In this document: positions 1-9,816 of the stretch, piece by piece
Layout of the letters: each line of letters begins with the position of its first letter
Numbering within the stretch: the first letter of the stretch is position 1
NCBI GenBank assembly: GCA_965223325.1
Contig: CBDCWI010000001.1
Span: 1,568,001 to 1,632,000, forward strand
Reading direction: 5' to 3'
Length of the DNA: 64,000 bases
Origin: Candidatus Multivoradales bacterium
GTDB taxonomy: Bacteria; Acidobacteriota; Thermoanaerobaculia; Multivoradales; Multivoraceae
Made by a program: the position numbers and the translations under genes
The notes under the pieces: model-generated
What the model was told of the DNA's origin: nothing
What the model saw: only the letters and a program-made list of their open reading frames with translations
Databases searched by the model: none

Positions 1-194
1 CCCGGCGGATAGTGAGTTCGCCCAGGAAGTCGCGAGCCGCATCCCGTCTGCGAAATCCGAACGCTCGCTGGGGTGGGTCTACGTCACGGCTTTCGTGCTC
101 CTTGCGCTCGCGGCAATCGCGATCTACTTGCGAGTGCGTTGACCGCAACGCCCCCTCTCTTACCAGCAACCGTAAACCATCAGGGAGACCGCTC

Positions 195-662
195 ATGGGA
201 GTCACCATTCGTCTTGAAGTCAACGGCGAGGAGGTCGAGCGCACGGTCGATCCGCGCACTCTCCTGGTGCATTTCCTGCGTAACGACCTCGGGTTGACCG
301 GCACCAACGTCGGCTGCGAAACCAGCCTCTGCGGTGCCTGCACGGTGCACGTCGACGGCCAGGCGGTGAAGGCGTGCACTCAGCTTGCAGCCCAGGCAGA
401 TGGCACCAAGGTCACCACCATCGAAGGAATGGCCAACGGTGAAGAGCTCCATCCGCTGCAGCAGGCCTTCTGGGAGGAGCACGGCCTGCAGTGCGGCTAC
501 TGCACGCCGGGAATGATCATGACCGCCTCCGCTCTACTGGATGAGAACCCCGCCCCCACAGAAGACGAGATCCGCGAAGGGCTGAAGGGCAACCTGTGCC
601 GCTGCACCGGCTACCACAACATCATCAAGGCTGTTCAGAACGCCTCCGGAAAGGCGACCTGA
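195..662 (+). CDS. coxS: (2Fe-2S)-binding small subunit of a CODH/xanthine-dehydrogenase-family molybdoenzyme (CoxS/CutS)
   Basis: [12 protein letters not shown] and QCGYCTPG...NLCRCTGY motifs; ATG at 195 after GGGAG RBS. Confidence 0.93.
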   Translation: MGVTIRLEVNGEEVERTVDPRTLLVHFLRNDLGLTGTNVGCETSLCGACTVHVDGQAVKACTQLAAQADGTKVTTIEGMANGEELHPLQQAFWEEHGLQCGYCTPGMIMTASALLDENPAPTEDEIREGLKGNLCRCTGYHNIIKAVQNASGKAT

Positions 663-663
663 G

Positions 664-3012
664 ATGGCGAGCGTGCTTGGAACCTCGATCCGCCGTCGCG
701 AAGATCCCGCCCTGGTCACCGGGCGCGGCCGCTACACCGACGACCTGACGCGCCCCGGGATGTTGCACGCCGCCTTGGTGCGCAGCCCCTACGCACACGC
801 CACCATCAAGAGCATCGACGCCTCGGCTGCCCTGGCCATGGACGGCGTGGTGGCGGTCTACACCTGGTCCGATGTCGAGAAATCAGGCATGCCGGGCATG
901 GTGCCGGTAGGCTGGCTCCACGACGACCTGAAGCAGGTTCCGCACACCATCCTGGCCAGCGACACGGTGCGCTACACGGGCGATGCGGTCGCCGTTGTCG
1001 TCGCCCGCGACCGCTACCTTGCGCGCGACGCTGCCGACCAGGTGTTCGTGGACTACGAGCCGCTCGAAGCGACCACCAACCCCAAGACGACGACGGCTGC
1101 CGGCGCACCGCAGATCCATGCCGACGCGCCCGGCAACCTGGCCTTCAACTGGCAGATCGGCGACGCCGAGAAGACCAAGGCAGCCATGGATGGTGCCGCT
1201 CATGTGGTTGAACTGACGGTGCGCAACAACCGCTTGATTCCGCATGCCATCGAGCCACGCGCTGTCCTGGCCGACTGGGACTCGTCAAAATCCGAGATGA
1301 CGATCCACATGACGACCCAGAATCCGCATGTGCATCGTTTGCTGATGTGCATGGCGTCACTCGGTCTGCCCGAGCACAAAGTGCGGGTCGTGGCCCCGGA
1401 AGTCGGCGGTGGGTTCGGTTCGAAGATCGACCACTACCCCGACGAAACCGTCGTTGCGCTGTGTTCGAAGCTCACCGGTAAACCAGTCAAGTGGGTTGCA
1501 ACCCGCACCGAAACCAACCAGACCGACGTACATGGCCGCGACCACGTCACCGACGCGCGCCTGGCTCTCGACGAGCGCGGGCGTATCCTGGGGCTCGAGG
1601 TCGAAACCTGGGCCAACATGGGTGCCTACCTTTCGACGTTCGCACCGGCAGTGCCGACCTACATGTACGCCACCCTGCTCTCGGGCCAGTACGACATCCC
1701 AGCGATCCACGCCCAGGTGCGCGGCACCTTCACCAACACCACACCGGTCGACGCCTACCGTGGTGCCGGTCGCCCCGAGGCGACGTTCCTGGTGGAGCGG
1801 CTGGTTCACCTGGCCGGCGCAAAGCTCGGCCTGGATCCGGTCGAGATCAGGAAGCGCAATTTCATCTCTCCCGATGCCTTTCCGTACGAGACCCAGGTCG
1901 CTTTGACCTACGACAGCGGCAACTACGAACCGGCGCTTGCCCGGGCACTCGAGATCGTCTCTTATGACGATCTGCGTGCGCAACAGAAATCGGAACGTGA
2001 TGCGGGCACCAGGAAGCGCACCGGGATTGGCTTCTCGGCTTTCATTGAAGCCTGCGGGCTCGCCCCGTCGCGCGTCGTTGGCCAACTCGGGGCACAGGCC
2101 GGCCAGTGGGAGTCGGCCGAGGTGCGGGTTCATCCAACCGGCTCGGTGAGCGTATACACCGGTTCGTCAGCGCACGGCCAGGGTCACGAAACGACGTTCT
2201 CGCAGATCGTCGCCGACCGACTCGGTATCGACCACGAGTCGATCGAAGTGATCCACGGCGACACTGACGAAGTGCAATTCGGCATGGGCACCTACGGCAG
2301 CCGTAGTGCGGCGGTAGGCGGCTCGGCCCTGGTGCGCGCCACCGAGAAGATCGTCGAGAAAGGGCTCAAGCTCGCCGCCCACCTGCTCGAGGCATCGCCA
2401 GAAGACATGGAACATGCCGATGGGCAGTTCCGCGTCAAGGGCTCGCCCGATCGGGCGCTGGGGCTGGGTGACGTGGCGATCTCGGCCTACCTGGCGCACA
2501 ACTACCCCGAAGACATGGAACCGGGGCTCACCGCCACGGCGTTCTACGATCCCGAGAACTTCACCTATCCGTTTGGCGCCCACATCTGTGTTGTCGAGGT
2601 CGACACTGAAACTGGCGCTATCGAAGTCGTGCGCTACGTCGCGGTCGATGACGTCGGCAATGTCATCAACCCGATGATCGTCGAGGGACAGGTCCACGGC
2701 GGCCTCGCCCAGGGTATCGGCCAGGCACTCTGGGAGCAGGCGGTCTACGACGAAACCGGTCAGTTGGTCACCGGCTCGCTGATGGACTACGCGCTACCGC
2801 GCAGCCACAGGCTACCGTCGTTCGAAACCGACCGCACGGTGACACCGTGTCCGCACAACCCGCTCGGCGTCAAAGGCGTCGGCGAGGCCGGTGCAATCGC
2901 GTCGCCGCCCGCAGTCGTCAACGCCGTGGTCGACGCGCTCGAACCGTTTGGCGTTACCCATATCGACATGCCGCTCCGACCCGAGAAGGTCTGGCAGAGC
3001 ATTCACTCCTAG
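664..3012 (+). CDS. coxL: Molybdopterin-binding large subunit, form II CoxL-like / xanthine dehydrogenase family
   Basis: [16 protein letters not shown] (form II signature), [28 protein letters not shown]; S-L-M gene order. Confidence 0.92.
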   Translation: MASVLGTSIRRREDPALVTGRGRYTDDLTRPGMLHAALVRSPYAHATIKSIDASAALAMDGVVAVYTWSDVEKSGMPGMVPVGWLHDDLKQVPHTILASDTVRYTGDAVAVVVARDRYLARDAADQVFVDYEPLEATTNPKTTTAAGAPQIHADAPGNLAFNWQIGDAEKTKAAMDGAAHVVELTVRNNRLIPHAIEPRAVLADWDSSKSEMTIHMTTQNPHVHRLLMCMASLGLPEHKVRVVAPEVGGGFGSKIDHYPDETVVALCSKLTGKPVKWVATRTETNQTDVHGRDHVTDARLALDERGRILGLEVETWANMGAYLSTFAPAVPTYMYATLLSGQYDIPAIHAQVRGTFTNTTPVDAYRGAGRPEATFLVERLVHLAGAKLGLDPVEIRKRNFISPDAFPYETQVALTYDSGNYEPALARALEIVSYDDLRAQQKSERDAGTRKRTGIGFSAFIEACGLAPSRVVGQLGAQAGQWESAEVRVHPTGSVSVYTGSSAHGQGHETTFSQIVADRLGIDHESIEVIHGDTDEVQFGMGTYGSRSAAVGGSALVRATEKIVEKGLKLAAHLLEASPEDMEHADGQFRVKGSPDRALGLGDVAISAYLAHNYPEDMEPGLTATAFYDPENFTYPFGAHICVVEVDTETGAIEVVRYVAVDDVGNVINPMIVEGQVHGGLAQGIGQALWEQAVYDETGQLVTGSLMDYALPRSHRLPSFETDRTVTPCPHNPLGVKGVGEAGAIASPPAVVNAVVDALEPFGVTHIDMPLRPEKVWQSIHS

Positions 3013-3033
3013 TCGCCTGGAGGCCTATCCAAG

Positions 3034-3882
3034 ATGTATCCAGCAAGTTTCGAGTACCACCGCGCTTCCTCTGTCGACGAAGCGCTCGAGCTGCTCAACG
3101 CTCACGAAGACGCCAAGCTACTCGCCGGCGGGCACAGCCTGCTGCCGATGATGAAGCTGCGCCTGGCGCAGCCTCCGGCAGTCATCGACATCGGGCGCAT
3201 CGACGCCCTCCGCGGCATCACCGAATCTGGCGGCGGGCTCGAGATCGGCCCGCTCACGACCCATGCTGAGATCGCCGCATCCGCGACGGTGAAAGGGCAT
3301 TGCCCCTTCCTCGCCGAAGCGGCCGCACACATCGGCGACATCCAGGTCCGCAACCGCGGCACCATCGGCGGCAACATCGCCCACGCCGACCCGGCGTCCG
3401 ATTTGCCGGCCGTGCTGGTGGCAGCCGGTGCGGTGGTTCACATGGAGAGCACTGACGGCACGCGCACGTCGAGCATCGATGGCTTCTTCCGGGGCCTCCT
3501 CTCGACAGATCTCGGCGAAAAAGAGGTCGTTACCGCGATCGAGATTCCGGCCCTGCCAGAAGGCGCCAGAACTGCCTACCTCAAGTTCGAGCACCCGGCC
3601 TCGGGCTACGCAGTCGTCGGAGCGGCCGCCTGGATCCAGATGGACAACGGAAGCTGCAAGGGTGCGGGCCTGGTGTTCAACGGTGTCACGGAAACACCTC
3701 TGGTTGCCGATGTAACGGCACTGGTGGGTGGTAGCGCTGACGACTCAGCCATCGAGGCGGCCACCGCGGGGATCACTGCCCTAGAACCGCTCTCCGATGT
3801 TTTTGCGTCGGGCGACTATCGAACGCACCTCGCACGGGTCTACGGCCGGCGGGCGTTGATCGCCGCGCGCGATGCGGCCTGA
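3034..3882 (+). CDS. coxM: FAD-binding medium subunit (CoxM/CutM)
   Basis: LAGGHSLLPMMKLRL, QVRNRGTIGGNIAHADPASDLP. Confidence 0.93.
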   Translation: MYPASFEYHRASSVDEALELLNAHEDAKLLAGGHSLLPMMKLRLAQPPAVIDIGRIDALRGITESGGGLEIGPLTTHAEIAASATVKGHCPFLAEAAAHIGDIQVRNRGTIGGNIAHADPASDLPAVLVAAGAVVHMESTDGTRTSSIDGFFRGLLSTDLGEKEVVTAIEIPALPEGARTAYLKFEHPASGYAVVGAAAWIQMDNGSCKGAGLVFNGVTETPLVADVTALVGGSADDSAIEAATAGITALEPLSDVFASGDYRTHLARVYGRRALIAARDAA

Positions 3883-3973
3883 CGCGGTGGACGAAGGTTC
3901 ATGACCGGCGATCGGCGCGTTTCTCCCCAGCCGGCGAGGACCGTCCCACCGCCGGCTCGCGTCGGGGCAGTGC

Positions 3974-4561
3974 CTACTTCCTGACCAGCCCGCGGACGTG
4001 GGTCTTGATGTGCTTGATGCTCACCTCTTCGAGCCCGTCGTAGTAGCCGCGTATCTGGCCGTTGCGATCGATCAGCACCAGACGGGTCGAATGGCCGAGC
4101 GGAAGATCGGACGCCGCGAGGAGTAACCCCTTCTCGGAAAGCTCGACGATTTCATCGATCGGGCCGCGCAGGAACCACCAGCGGTCGTCGGTCACGCCGA
4201 GACTCCGGGCGTACTCCTCGAGCCGTTCGGGAGTGTCGTTTTCGGGATCAACGGTGACCGACACGAGGCGGACGTCGTCTGAACCTTCGAAGGCCCGGTA
4301 GAGCTCGCCCATGCGCTTGCTCATCGCTGGACAGGCAGTCGGGCACTCGGTGAAGAAGAAGTCGAGCACCAGGACACGCCCGAGGAGATCGTCACGGGTG
4401 ACCGTCCTTCCCGACCGCTCCTCGAACTCGAGATCTGGCAGCTGCGAAATCACCGGGAGGTCGGCGACCGAACGATCGGCGGTCGCAACCACGGTGACCG
4501 ACAACATGAACAATCCCACGAGAACGCCCAGAAACAGTGCGGCCCCCTTGAGCGGACTCAT
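3974..4561 (-). CDS. SCO1/SenC family copper chaperone
   Basis: FFFTECPTACP (CxxxC), SVTVDPENDTPE, HSTRLVLID; ATG overlaps the ctaA stop (ATGA). Confidence 0.9.
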   Translation of the reverse strand: MSPLKGAALFLGVLVGLFMLSVTVVATADRSVADLPVISQLPDLEFEERSGRTVTRDDLLGRVLVLDFFFTECPTACPAMSKRMGELYRAFEGSDDVRLVSVTVDPENDTPERLEEYARSLGVTDDRWWFLRGPIDEIVELSEKGLLLAASDLPLGHSTRLVLIDRNGQIRGYYDGLEEVSIKHIKTHVRGLVRK

Positions 4562-5523
4562 ACGAGCGCCCCTTGCGTTCTGCGGGCACCGCTCCAGAGC
4601 ACCAGCATCGCACCGATGAGGAGTGTCGAGAGCCAGCTGTGGAACAGCTGCACTGTCGGTGGCACGCCAAAGGCCACGAAGCCGAGCCCCACGAGAACCT
4701 GAAGGCCAACCAGCCCAAGCGACGTCAAGGAGCCAAAGCGCACCAGCCAGGACGGATCCTCGCTGTCGCGAAGAAAGCGGATACACAACCAACCAACCAG
4801 AAGGGCCACCAGAAAACCCATCGCCAGGTGAATGTGGCCGGGCCAGCCGAGCCCGGCAATCAACTCCGCGTCTGTCCGTAGAGGCCGCTCGTCGAGTTGC
4901 GTTTCTATCGCCCCGCGCAGCCAGGTTCCGAGACCGACCTGAGAAAGCGCAAGCGCCCAGGCCAACGCCAGGAAGCCACGCACACCCCGTGGATAGCGCG
5001 CCCCCTTGCCGTCACCAGGGTTCTCGAGCCGCCAGGCGTGAACGGCGATCGACACCAGGAGACTGATGATCAGAATGGCGAGAACGAAGTGCGCTGTGAT
5101 CACCCAGGGCTCGAGCAACGACGACACGACGACACTTCCCTGGTAACCCTGGAGCGCGACCAGAGCGGTGGCCACGATCGACCCCCAGACCAGAAAACGC
5201 TGCTGGCGAAGGCGCGCGACTGCTACCACCGCAAGCGCGAGGATCAGAAACCCGATCGTCACGCCGACCAGGCGGTTCAGGTACTCGATCCACGCCAGGG
5301 TGACGTTGAATTGTGACGCGAGCTCCGGGGGCACCTGCGAAAGATCGGTTGGCGGCACCCAGCGCCCGAAGCATTTCGGCCAGTCGGGGCAACCGAGCCC
5401 GGCGCCGGAAACCCGCACCAGCCCACCGACCCAGATGAGAAAGTAGGTCGCCGCACAGGCGGCGACCGCCAGCCGGCGGAAGGTCCGCAGGCCGGCTGCA
5501 GAAACAGGACTCGAATCAGCCAT
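4558..5523 (-). CDS. ctaA: Heme A synthase (COX15/CtaA family)
   Basis: GGLVRVSGAGLGCPDWPKC, EYLNR, multiple TM helices with conserved His. Confidence 0.88.
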   Translation of the reverse strand: MADSSPVSAAGLRTFRRLAVAACAATYFLIWVGGLVRVSGAGLGCPDWPKCFGRWVPPTDLSQVPPELASQFNVTLAWIEYLNRLVGVTIGFLILALAVVAVARLRQQRFLVWGSIVATALVALQGYQGSVVVSSLLEPWVITAHFVLAILIISLLVSIAVHAWRLENPGDGKGARYPRGVRGFLALAWALALSQVGLGTWLRGAIETQLDERPLRTDAELIAGLGWPGHIHLAMGFLVALLVGWLCIRFLRDSEDPSWLVRFGSLTSLGLVGLQVLVGLGFVAFGVPPTVQLFHSWLSTLLIGAMLVLWSGARRTQGALV

Positions 5524-5654
5524 TGCAGCCAGTGTAGCTGCGGCGTTGGCGTAGAAACCGGAGATTGACCGGTCCGGCGCTCGCGGTTTTCCGCGATGGC
5601 GGGTGCCAGGAAGGTACGCTACGCCGATCCAACCTCAGATCCCAGGAGAAACCC

Positions 5655-6626
5655 GTGAAAGCCGTCGTGTGCAAGGAATTCGGCCCGCCCGAGAAACTCG
5701 TCGTCGAGGAGGTGAGCGATCCCGTCCCCGGTCCCGGCGATGTCGTCGTCGAGATGGCTGCCGCCGCGATCACGTTTCCCGACACCCTGGTGATCGAGAA
5801 CAAGTACCAGTTCAAGGCCGAGCCACCGTTTGTACTCGGAGGCGAAGTGGCCGGTACCGTCACCGCGGTTGGCGAGGACGTTTCGAAGTTCGCGCCCGGC
5901 GACGCGGTGCTCGGTGGAAGCCACACGGGTGGCTTTGCCGAGAAGGTTCTGGTTCCCGAAGCGCAGCTACGACCTCTGCCGAAGGGACTGGAGCCAGCGC
6001 AGGCGACGGGAATGGGCTACGCCTACGGCACCGGGTACTACGCACTCAAGTACCGTGGCGATCTCGCGCCAGGCGAGTCCCTGCTGGTGCTCGGCGCCTC
6101 GGGCTCGGTGGGACTGGCAGCGATCGAGCTCGGCAAGATCATGGGGGCACGGGTCATCGCTGCCGCTTCGACCGAGGAAAGGTTGGCGCTATGTCGGGAA
6201 CGCGGTGCAGACGAGACAATCCTCTACTCGCAGGAAGACCTGAAGAAGCGTGCCAAGGAACTGACCGGCGGCAAGGGAGTCGACGTGGTCTACGACGCGG
6301 TGGGGGGTGAGCGCGCCGAGCAGGCCTTACGCGCCACCGCCTGGCGTGGTCGCTTCCTGGTGATCGGCTTCACTGCGGGGATTCCGAGGTTGCCGCTCAA
6401 CCTCACGCTGCTGAAGGGCTGCGACGTGCGCGGTGTCTTCTGGGGGGCCTCCCGGATGCGCGAGCCGGAGTTGTTCCAGGCGACGCAGGACGAGCTCGAT
6501 GCGCTGGCCGCCGACGGCCGGCTGGATCCGTATGTTGCGAAGCGCTACTCGTTGGACGAAGTACCACAGGCGCTTCGCGACATGAACGATCGATTGGTCA
6601 TTGGCAAGATCGTCGCCATTCCTTGA
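5655..6626 (+). CDS. NADPH:quinone oxidoreductase family (MDR/zeta-crystallin)
   Basis: PFVLGGEVAG, LVLGASGSVGLAA, GVDVVYDAVGG; GTG start after AGGAG. Confidence 0.88.
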   Translation: MKAVVCKEFGPPEKLVVEEVSDPVPGPGDVVVEMAAAAITFPDTLVIENKYQFKAEPPFVLGGEVAGTVTAVGEDVSKFAPGDAVLGGSHTGGFAEKVLVPEAQLRPLPKGLEPAQATGMGYAYGTGYYALKYRGDLAPGESLLVLGASGSVGLAAIELGKIMGARVIAAASTEERLALCRERGADETILYSQEDLKKRAKELTGGKGVDVVYDAVGGERAEQALRATAWRGRFLVIGFTAGIPRLPLNLTLLKGCDVRGVFWGASRMREPELFQATQDELDALAADGRLDPYVAKRYSLDEVPQALRDMNDRLVIGKIVAIP

Positions 6627-6787
6627 CGGCTGTTCCTGGGTGATAGGGGGCAGGGTGGAATCGCCGCGTATGAGGTCGCGTGGGGCGGTTCGTGGTCGTT
6701 GGAAGAGCCTGAGTTGTGTAGTTTGTCGCCGTTGCCTGGTTGTGGCCGGAGTTGGATGGTCGCGGAGACGACCCGTAGGCCTGCCGG

Positions 6788-7966
6788 TTAGCCGTAACTT
6801 CGCGGTAGACCCAGAACGTTCTGGGCTATGAAGGCGAGAACCATGTTGGTCGAGATGGGAGCGGTACGGAAGAGACGGGTTTCTCGCCACTTTCGTTCGA
6901 TGTCGTACTCGCTGGCGAAGGCGAACCCGCCGAAGGTCTGAAAGCAGGTGTCGCCAATCTTCCAGGCAGCTTCGGAGGCCAGGAGCTTGGCGGTGTTGGC
7001 TTCGGCGCCGCAGGGCTCGCCGGCGTCAAACATGGCGGCGGCCTTGCGAACCATCATGTCGGCGGCCTGGATCTCGGCCCAGGACTGTGCAATGGGGAAT
7101 GCAACGCCCTGGTTCTGACCGATCGGGCGGCCGAAGACTTCGCGCTGGTTGGCGTACTCGACGGCTCTGGCCAGGAACCAGCGGGCGTCCCCTAGGGCTT
7201 CACCCGAGAGCAGAATGCGTTCGGCGTTCATGCCGTCGAGGATGTAGCGAAAACCAAGGCCTTCTTCGCCGATGAGCGCGTCGACCGGAACCCTCAGCCG
7301 CTCGAAGAAGACCTCGTTGGTGTTGTGGTTGATCATCGTGTCGATGGGTCGGATTTCGCAACCGCCGCTCTCGACTGCTGCGCGCAGGTCGATGAGAAAG
7401 ACGGAGAGGCCGTGGGAGCGCTTCTCGACGTCTCCTAGAGGTGTCGTGCGCGCCAGCAGCACCATGAGGTCGGACTGAAGGGCGCGGCTGGTCCAGATCT
7501 TCTGGCCACTGATGATGTATTCGTCGCCCTTTCGTTCGGCGAAGGTCTTGAGCTTCAGGGTTTCGGAGCCAGTGGTGGGTTCTGAGACGCCGAAGGCCTG
7601 GAGGCGGAGCTCGCCGCGGGCGATTTGCGGGAGGTAGCGCTCCTTCTGCGCTTCGCTCCCATGGCGCAAGAGCGTGCCCATGGTGTACATCTGGGCGTGG
7701 CAGGCGGCGGCGTTGCAGCCGGCTTCGTGGATGGTCTCGAGGATCACGACGCCGGCCCGCAGCGGCAGGCCTGCCCCGCCGTACTCTTCGGGAATCAGTG
7801 CCGCCAGGTACTCGTGCTCGGTGAGCGCCCGGACGAACTCTTCCGGGTACTGCTTCAGGGCGTCGAGTTCCCGCCAATACGCACCGGGGAAGCGCGCGCA
7901 GATGCGGCGCACGGGTTCGCGGAGGAACTCGAAGTCCTGCCCAATCTCGACCTGGATGGCTGCCAT
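6788..7966 (-). CDS. Acyl-CoA dehydrogenase
   Basis: IPEEYGGAG, FGVSEPTTGS, ISGQKIWTS, REVFGRPIG, FGGFAFASEYDIERKWRE. Confidence 0.92.
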   Translation of the reverse strand: MAAIQVEIGQDFEFLREPVRRICARFPGAYWRELDALKQYPEEFVRALTEHEYLAALIPEEYGGAGLPLRAGVVILETIHEAGCNAAACHAQMYTMGTLLRHGSEAQKERYLPQIARGELRLQAFGVSEPTTGSETLKLKTFAERKGDEYIISGQKIWTSRALQSDLMVLLARTTPLGDVEKRSHGLSVFLIDLRAAVESGGCEIRPIDTMINHNTNEVFFERLRVPVDALIGEEGLGFRYILDGMNAERILLSGEALGDARWFLARAVEYANQREVFGRPIGQNQGVAFPIAQSWAEIQAADMMVRKAAAMFDAGEPCGAEANTAKLLASEAAWKIGDTCFQTFGGFAFASEYDIERKWRETRLFRTAPISTNMVLAFIAQNVLGLPRSYG

Positions 7967-8005
7967 CGCGCGAAGATAGCAGCGCCGGTCGCTCGACCCG
8001 AGAAA

Positions 8006-8090
8006 TCCAAGAACCACCCCAGTCAATTGCCCGGGAAGCGCCCGGGAAGCGCCCGGGAATTGCCCGGGAGAGGCCCGGGAGAGGCCCGGG
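8006..8090. repeat. 30-bp head plus six GCCCGGG cores at an exact 11-bp period (copy 1 of a dispersed element)
   Basis: GCCCGGG starts at 8029, 8040, 8051, 8062, 8073 and 8084; head matches 55611-55640 at 28/30 nt. Confidence 0.9.
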
Positions 8091-8100
8091 GCTTCGAGGC

Positions 8101-8129
8101 TTTCCGACCGCCCGGGAGCGTGCTACTCT
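8101..8129 (+). promoter_or_regulatory. Putative sigma70 promoter for the SAM riboswitch-metB transcript
   Basis: TTTCCG-N17-TACTCT with TGn extended -10, ending 8 nt before the riboswitch P1. Confidence 0.45.
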
Positions 8130-8137
8130 CTGGGCCG

Positions 8138-8274
8138 CTCATCGAGACCGGCTGAGGGACTAGGCCCTTTGACGCCGGGGCAACCGCCAGAGGCTTCGCG
8201 GCCACTGGAAAGGTGCCAACTCCTACGGGGACTTCGCCCACCGCATGCGGCGAGCGAGGCCACCGGAAGATGAG
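8138..8274 (+). ncRNA. SAM-I (S-box) riboswitch
   Basis: CTCATCGAGA..GCTGAGGGACTAGGCCC..GACGCC..GCAACC...AAGGTGCCAACTCC...GAAGATGAG: P1 CTCATC/GATGAG and conserved core, upstream of metB. Confidence 0.9.
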
Positions 8275-8476
8275 AGCACCGAACGTCCTTCTGGACTGAA
8301 CGCGCTTCTCGAACGGCAGTTCTCCCCCAGAGGTGTTCCCCACCAGGGAATGGCGTTTGGCCGCGACCAACACTTCCTCCCCTTCGGAAACTCGTTGAGC
8401 CTGAATCGGCTTCGGGTCCGGTTGGCCGTCATTCGGGTGGCACGGAGACTCAGGAGCCAGAAACCAGGAGACAACC

Positions 8477-9784
8477 ATGTGTCCGATTCAGGCCCAGCCC
8501 AACTGTGAGGCCAAGAAGAAGCGACCGCGCAAGCTCAAGTCGGCGACGCGTGCGGTACGTGCCGCACTGGCGACTGACGAGCAGCACGGTGCGGTGATCC
8601 CGCCACTCCACCTTTCGTCGAATTTCACCTTCAGCGGGTTCGACCAGATGCGCCAGTACGACTACACGCGCTCGGGCAACCCCACCCGCTCTGCCCTCGG
8701 CCAGGCCCTCGCCGAGCTCGAGGGTGGACACAGCGCGGTGGTGGTTTCATCAGGCATGGCAGCAGTGACTCTGGTCACGCAGCTGCTCGAACCTGGGCAG
8801 CTGCTGGTGGCGCCGCATGACTGCTATGGCGGCACCTACCGCCTGTTTCGAAGCCTCGCCGATCGCGGCGCCTTCCGTGTCGAGTTCGTCGACCAGACTG
8901 ACGACGAAGCCCTGGCCGCGACGGTCGAGCGCGGGCCGGCATTGGTGTGGGTAGAGACTCCGAGCAATCCACTGTTGCGCATCGTCGACCTCGAGAAGCT
9001 CTCCGGTCTCGCCCGCCAGCATGATGCACTGCTGGTGGTCGACAATACGTTTCTCTCACCCGTCCTGCAGCAGCCGTTCAGGTACGGCGCCGATCTGGTG
9101 ATTCACTCGACCACCAAGTACCTCAACGGACATAGCGACGTGGTCGGTGGCGCAGTCGTCGCCCGCACCGCCGAACTCGGAGAGCGCATGCAGTTCTGGT
9201 CGAACTGCCTTGGTCTGACCGGGGCGCCGTTTGACAGCTATCTCACCCTGCGTGGTCTTCGCACCCTGCATGCGCGCTGGCGACAGCACGACGAGAACTG
9301 CGGCCGGGTCCTCGACCTCTTGACCGAGCACTCCGCAGTTCGGCGGGTCTTTCACCCCAGTCTCGAGAGCCATCCTGGACATGAGATCGCCAAACGCCAG
9401 CAGGCCGGGTTCGGAGCGATGCTCTCGTTCGAGCTCGAGCCTTGTCCCGAGGGCGGCGAGACGGCGGCTGTCGAGCGCTTCCTGAACGGCCTCCGTTGCC
9501 TCTCCCTGGCGGAGTCTCTGGGCGGGGTTGAGAGCCTGATCGCGCACCCAGCGACGATGACCCACGCCTCGATGGACGCCGGGGCACGAGAGGCCGCCGG
9601 CATCGGGCCGGGGCTACTGCGGCTGTCTGTCGGCATCGAGGACCCTGAGGATCTGGTGGCCGATCTCGAGGCCGCGCTCGATCGAGCTTTTGTCCCAGCT
9701 GGAGCGCTCCCCGCTGCAACGTCCAGAGCTGGAACGCCCAGAACCGGAAAGCCCAGAGCTAGAACGCTCAGAGCGGCGATCTAG
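8477..9784 (+). CDS. metB: Cystathionine gamma-synthase
   Basis: YDYTRSGNPTR, SSGMAA, ETPSNPLL, HSTTKYLNGHSD (PLP Lys), AESLGGVESL; SAM riboswitch upstream. Confidence 0.88.
   Translation: MCPIQAQPNCEAKKKRPRKLKSATRAVRAALATDEQHGAVIPPLHLSSNFTFSGFDQMRQYDYTRSGNPTRSALGQALAELEGGHSAVVVSSGMAAVTLVTQLLEPGQLLVAPHDCYGGTYRLFRSLADRGAFRVEFVDQTDDEALAATVERGPALVWVETPSNPLLRIVDLEKLSGLARQHDALLVVDNTFLSPVLQQPFRYGADLVIHSTTKYLNGHSDVVGGAVVARTAELGERMQFWSNCLGLTGAPFDSYLTLRGLRTLHARWRQHDENCGRVLDLLTEHSAVRRVFHPSLESHPGHEIAKRQQAGFGAMLSFELEPCPEGGETAAVERFLNGLRCLSLAESLGGVESLIAHPATMTHASMDAGAREAAGIGPGLLRLSVGIEDPEDLVADLEAALDRAFVPAGALPAATSRAGTPRTGKPRARTLRAAI
9692..9774. repeat. Degenerate 15-bp minisatellite in the metB 3' end
   Basis: tccagagctggaacg / cccagaaccggaaag / cccagagctagaacg plus more degenerate flanking units. 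Confidence 0.6.
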
Positions 9785-9816
9785 GGTTGCCTCAAGGGAC
9801 CCAGGCCCCTGCTTCT

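Noticed and set aside
664-3012. Bona fide form I aerobic CO dehydrogenase
   Set aside because: The active-site loop is AYRGAGR rather than AYxCSFR, and the order is S-L-M rather than M-S-L
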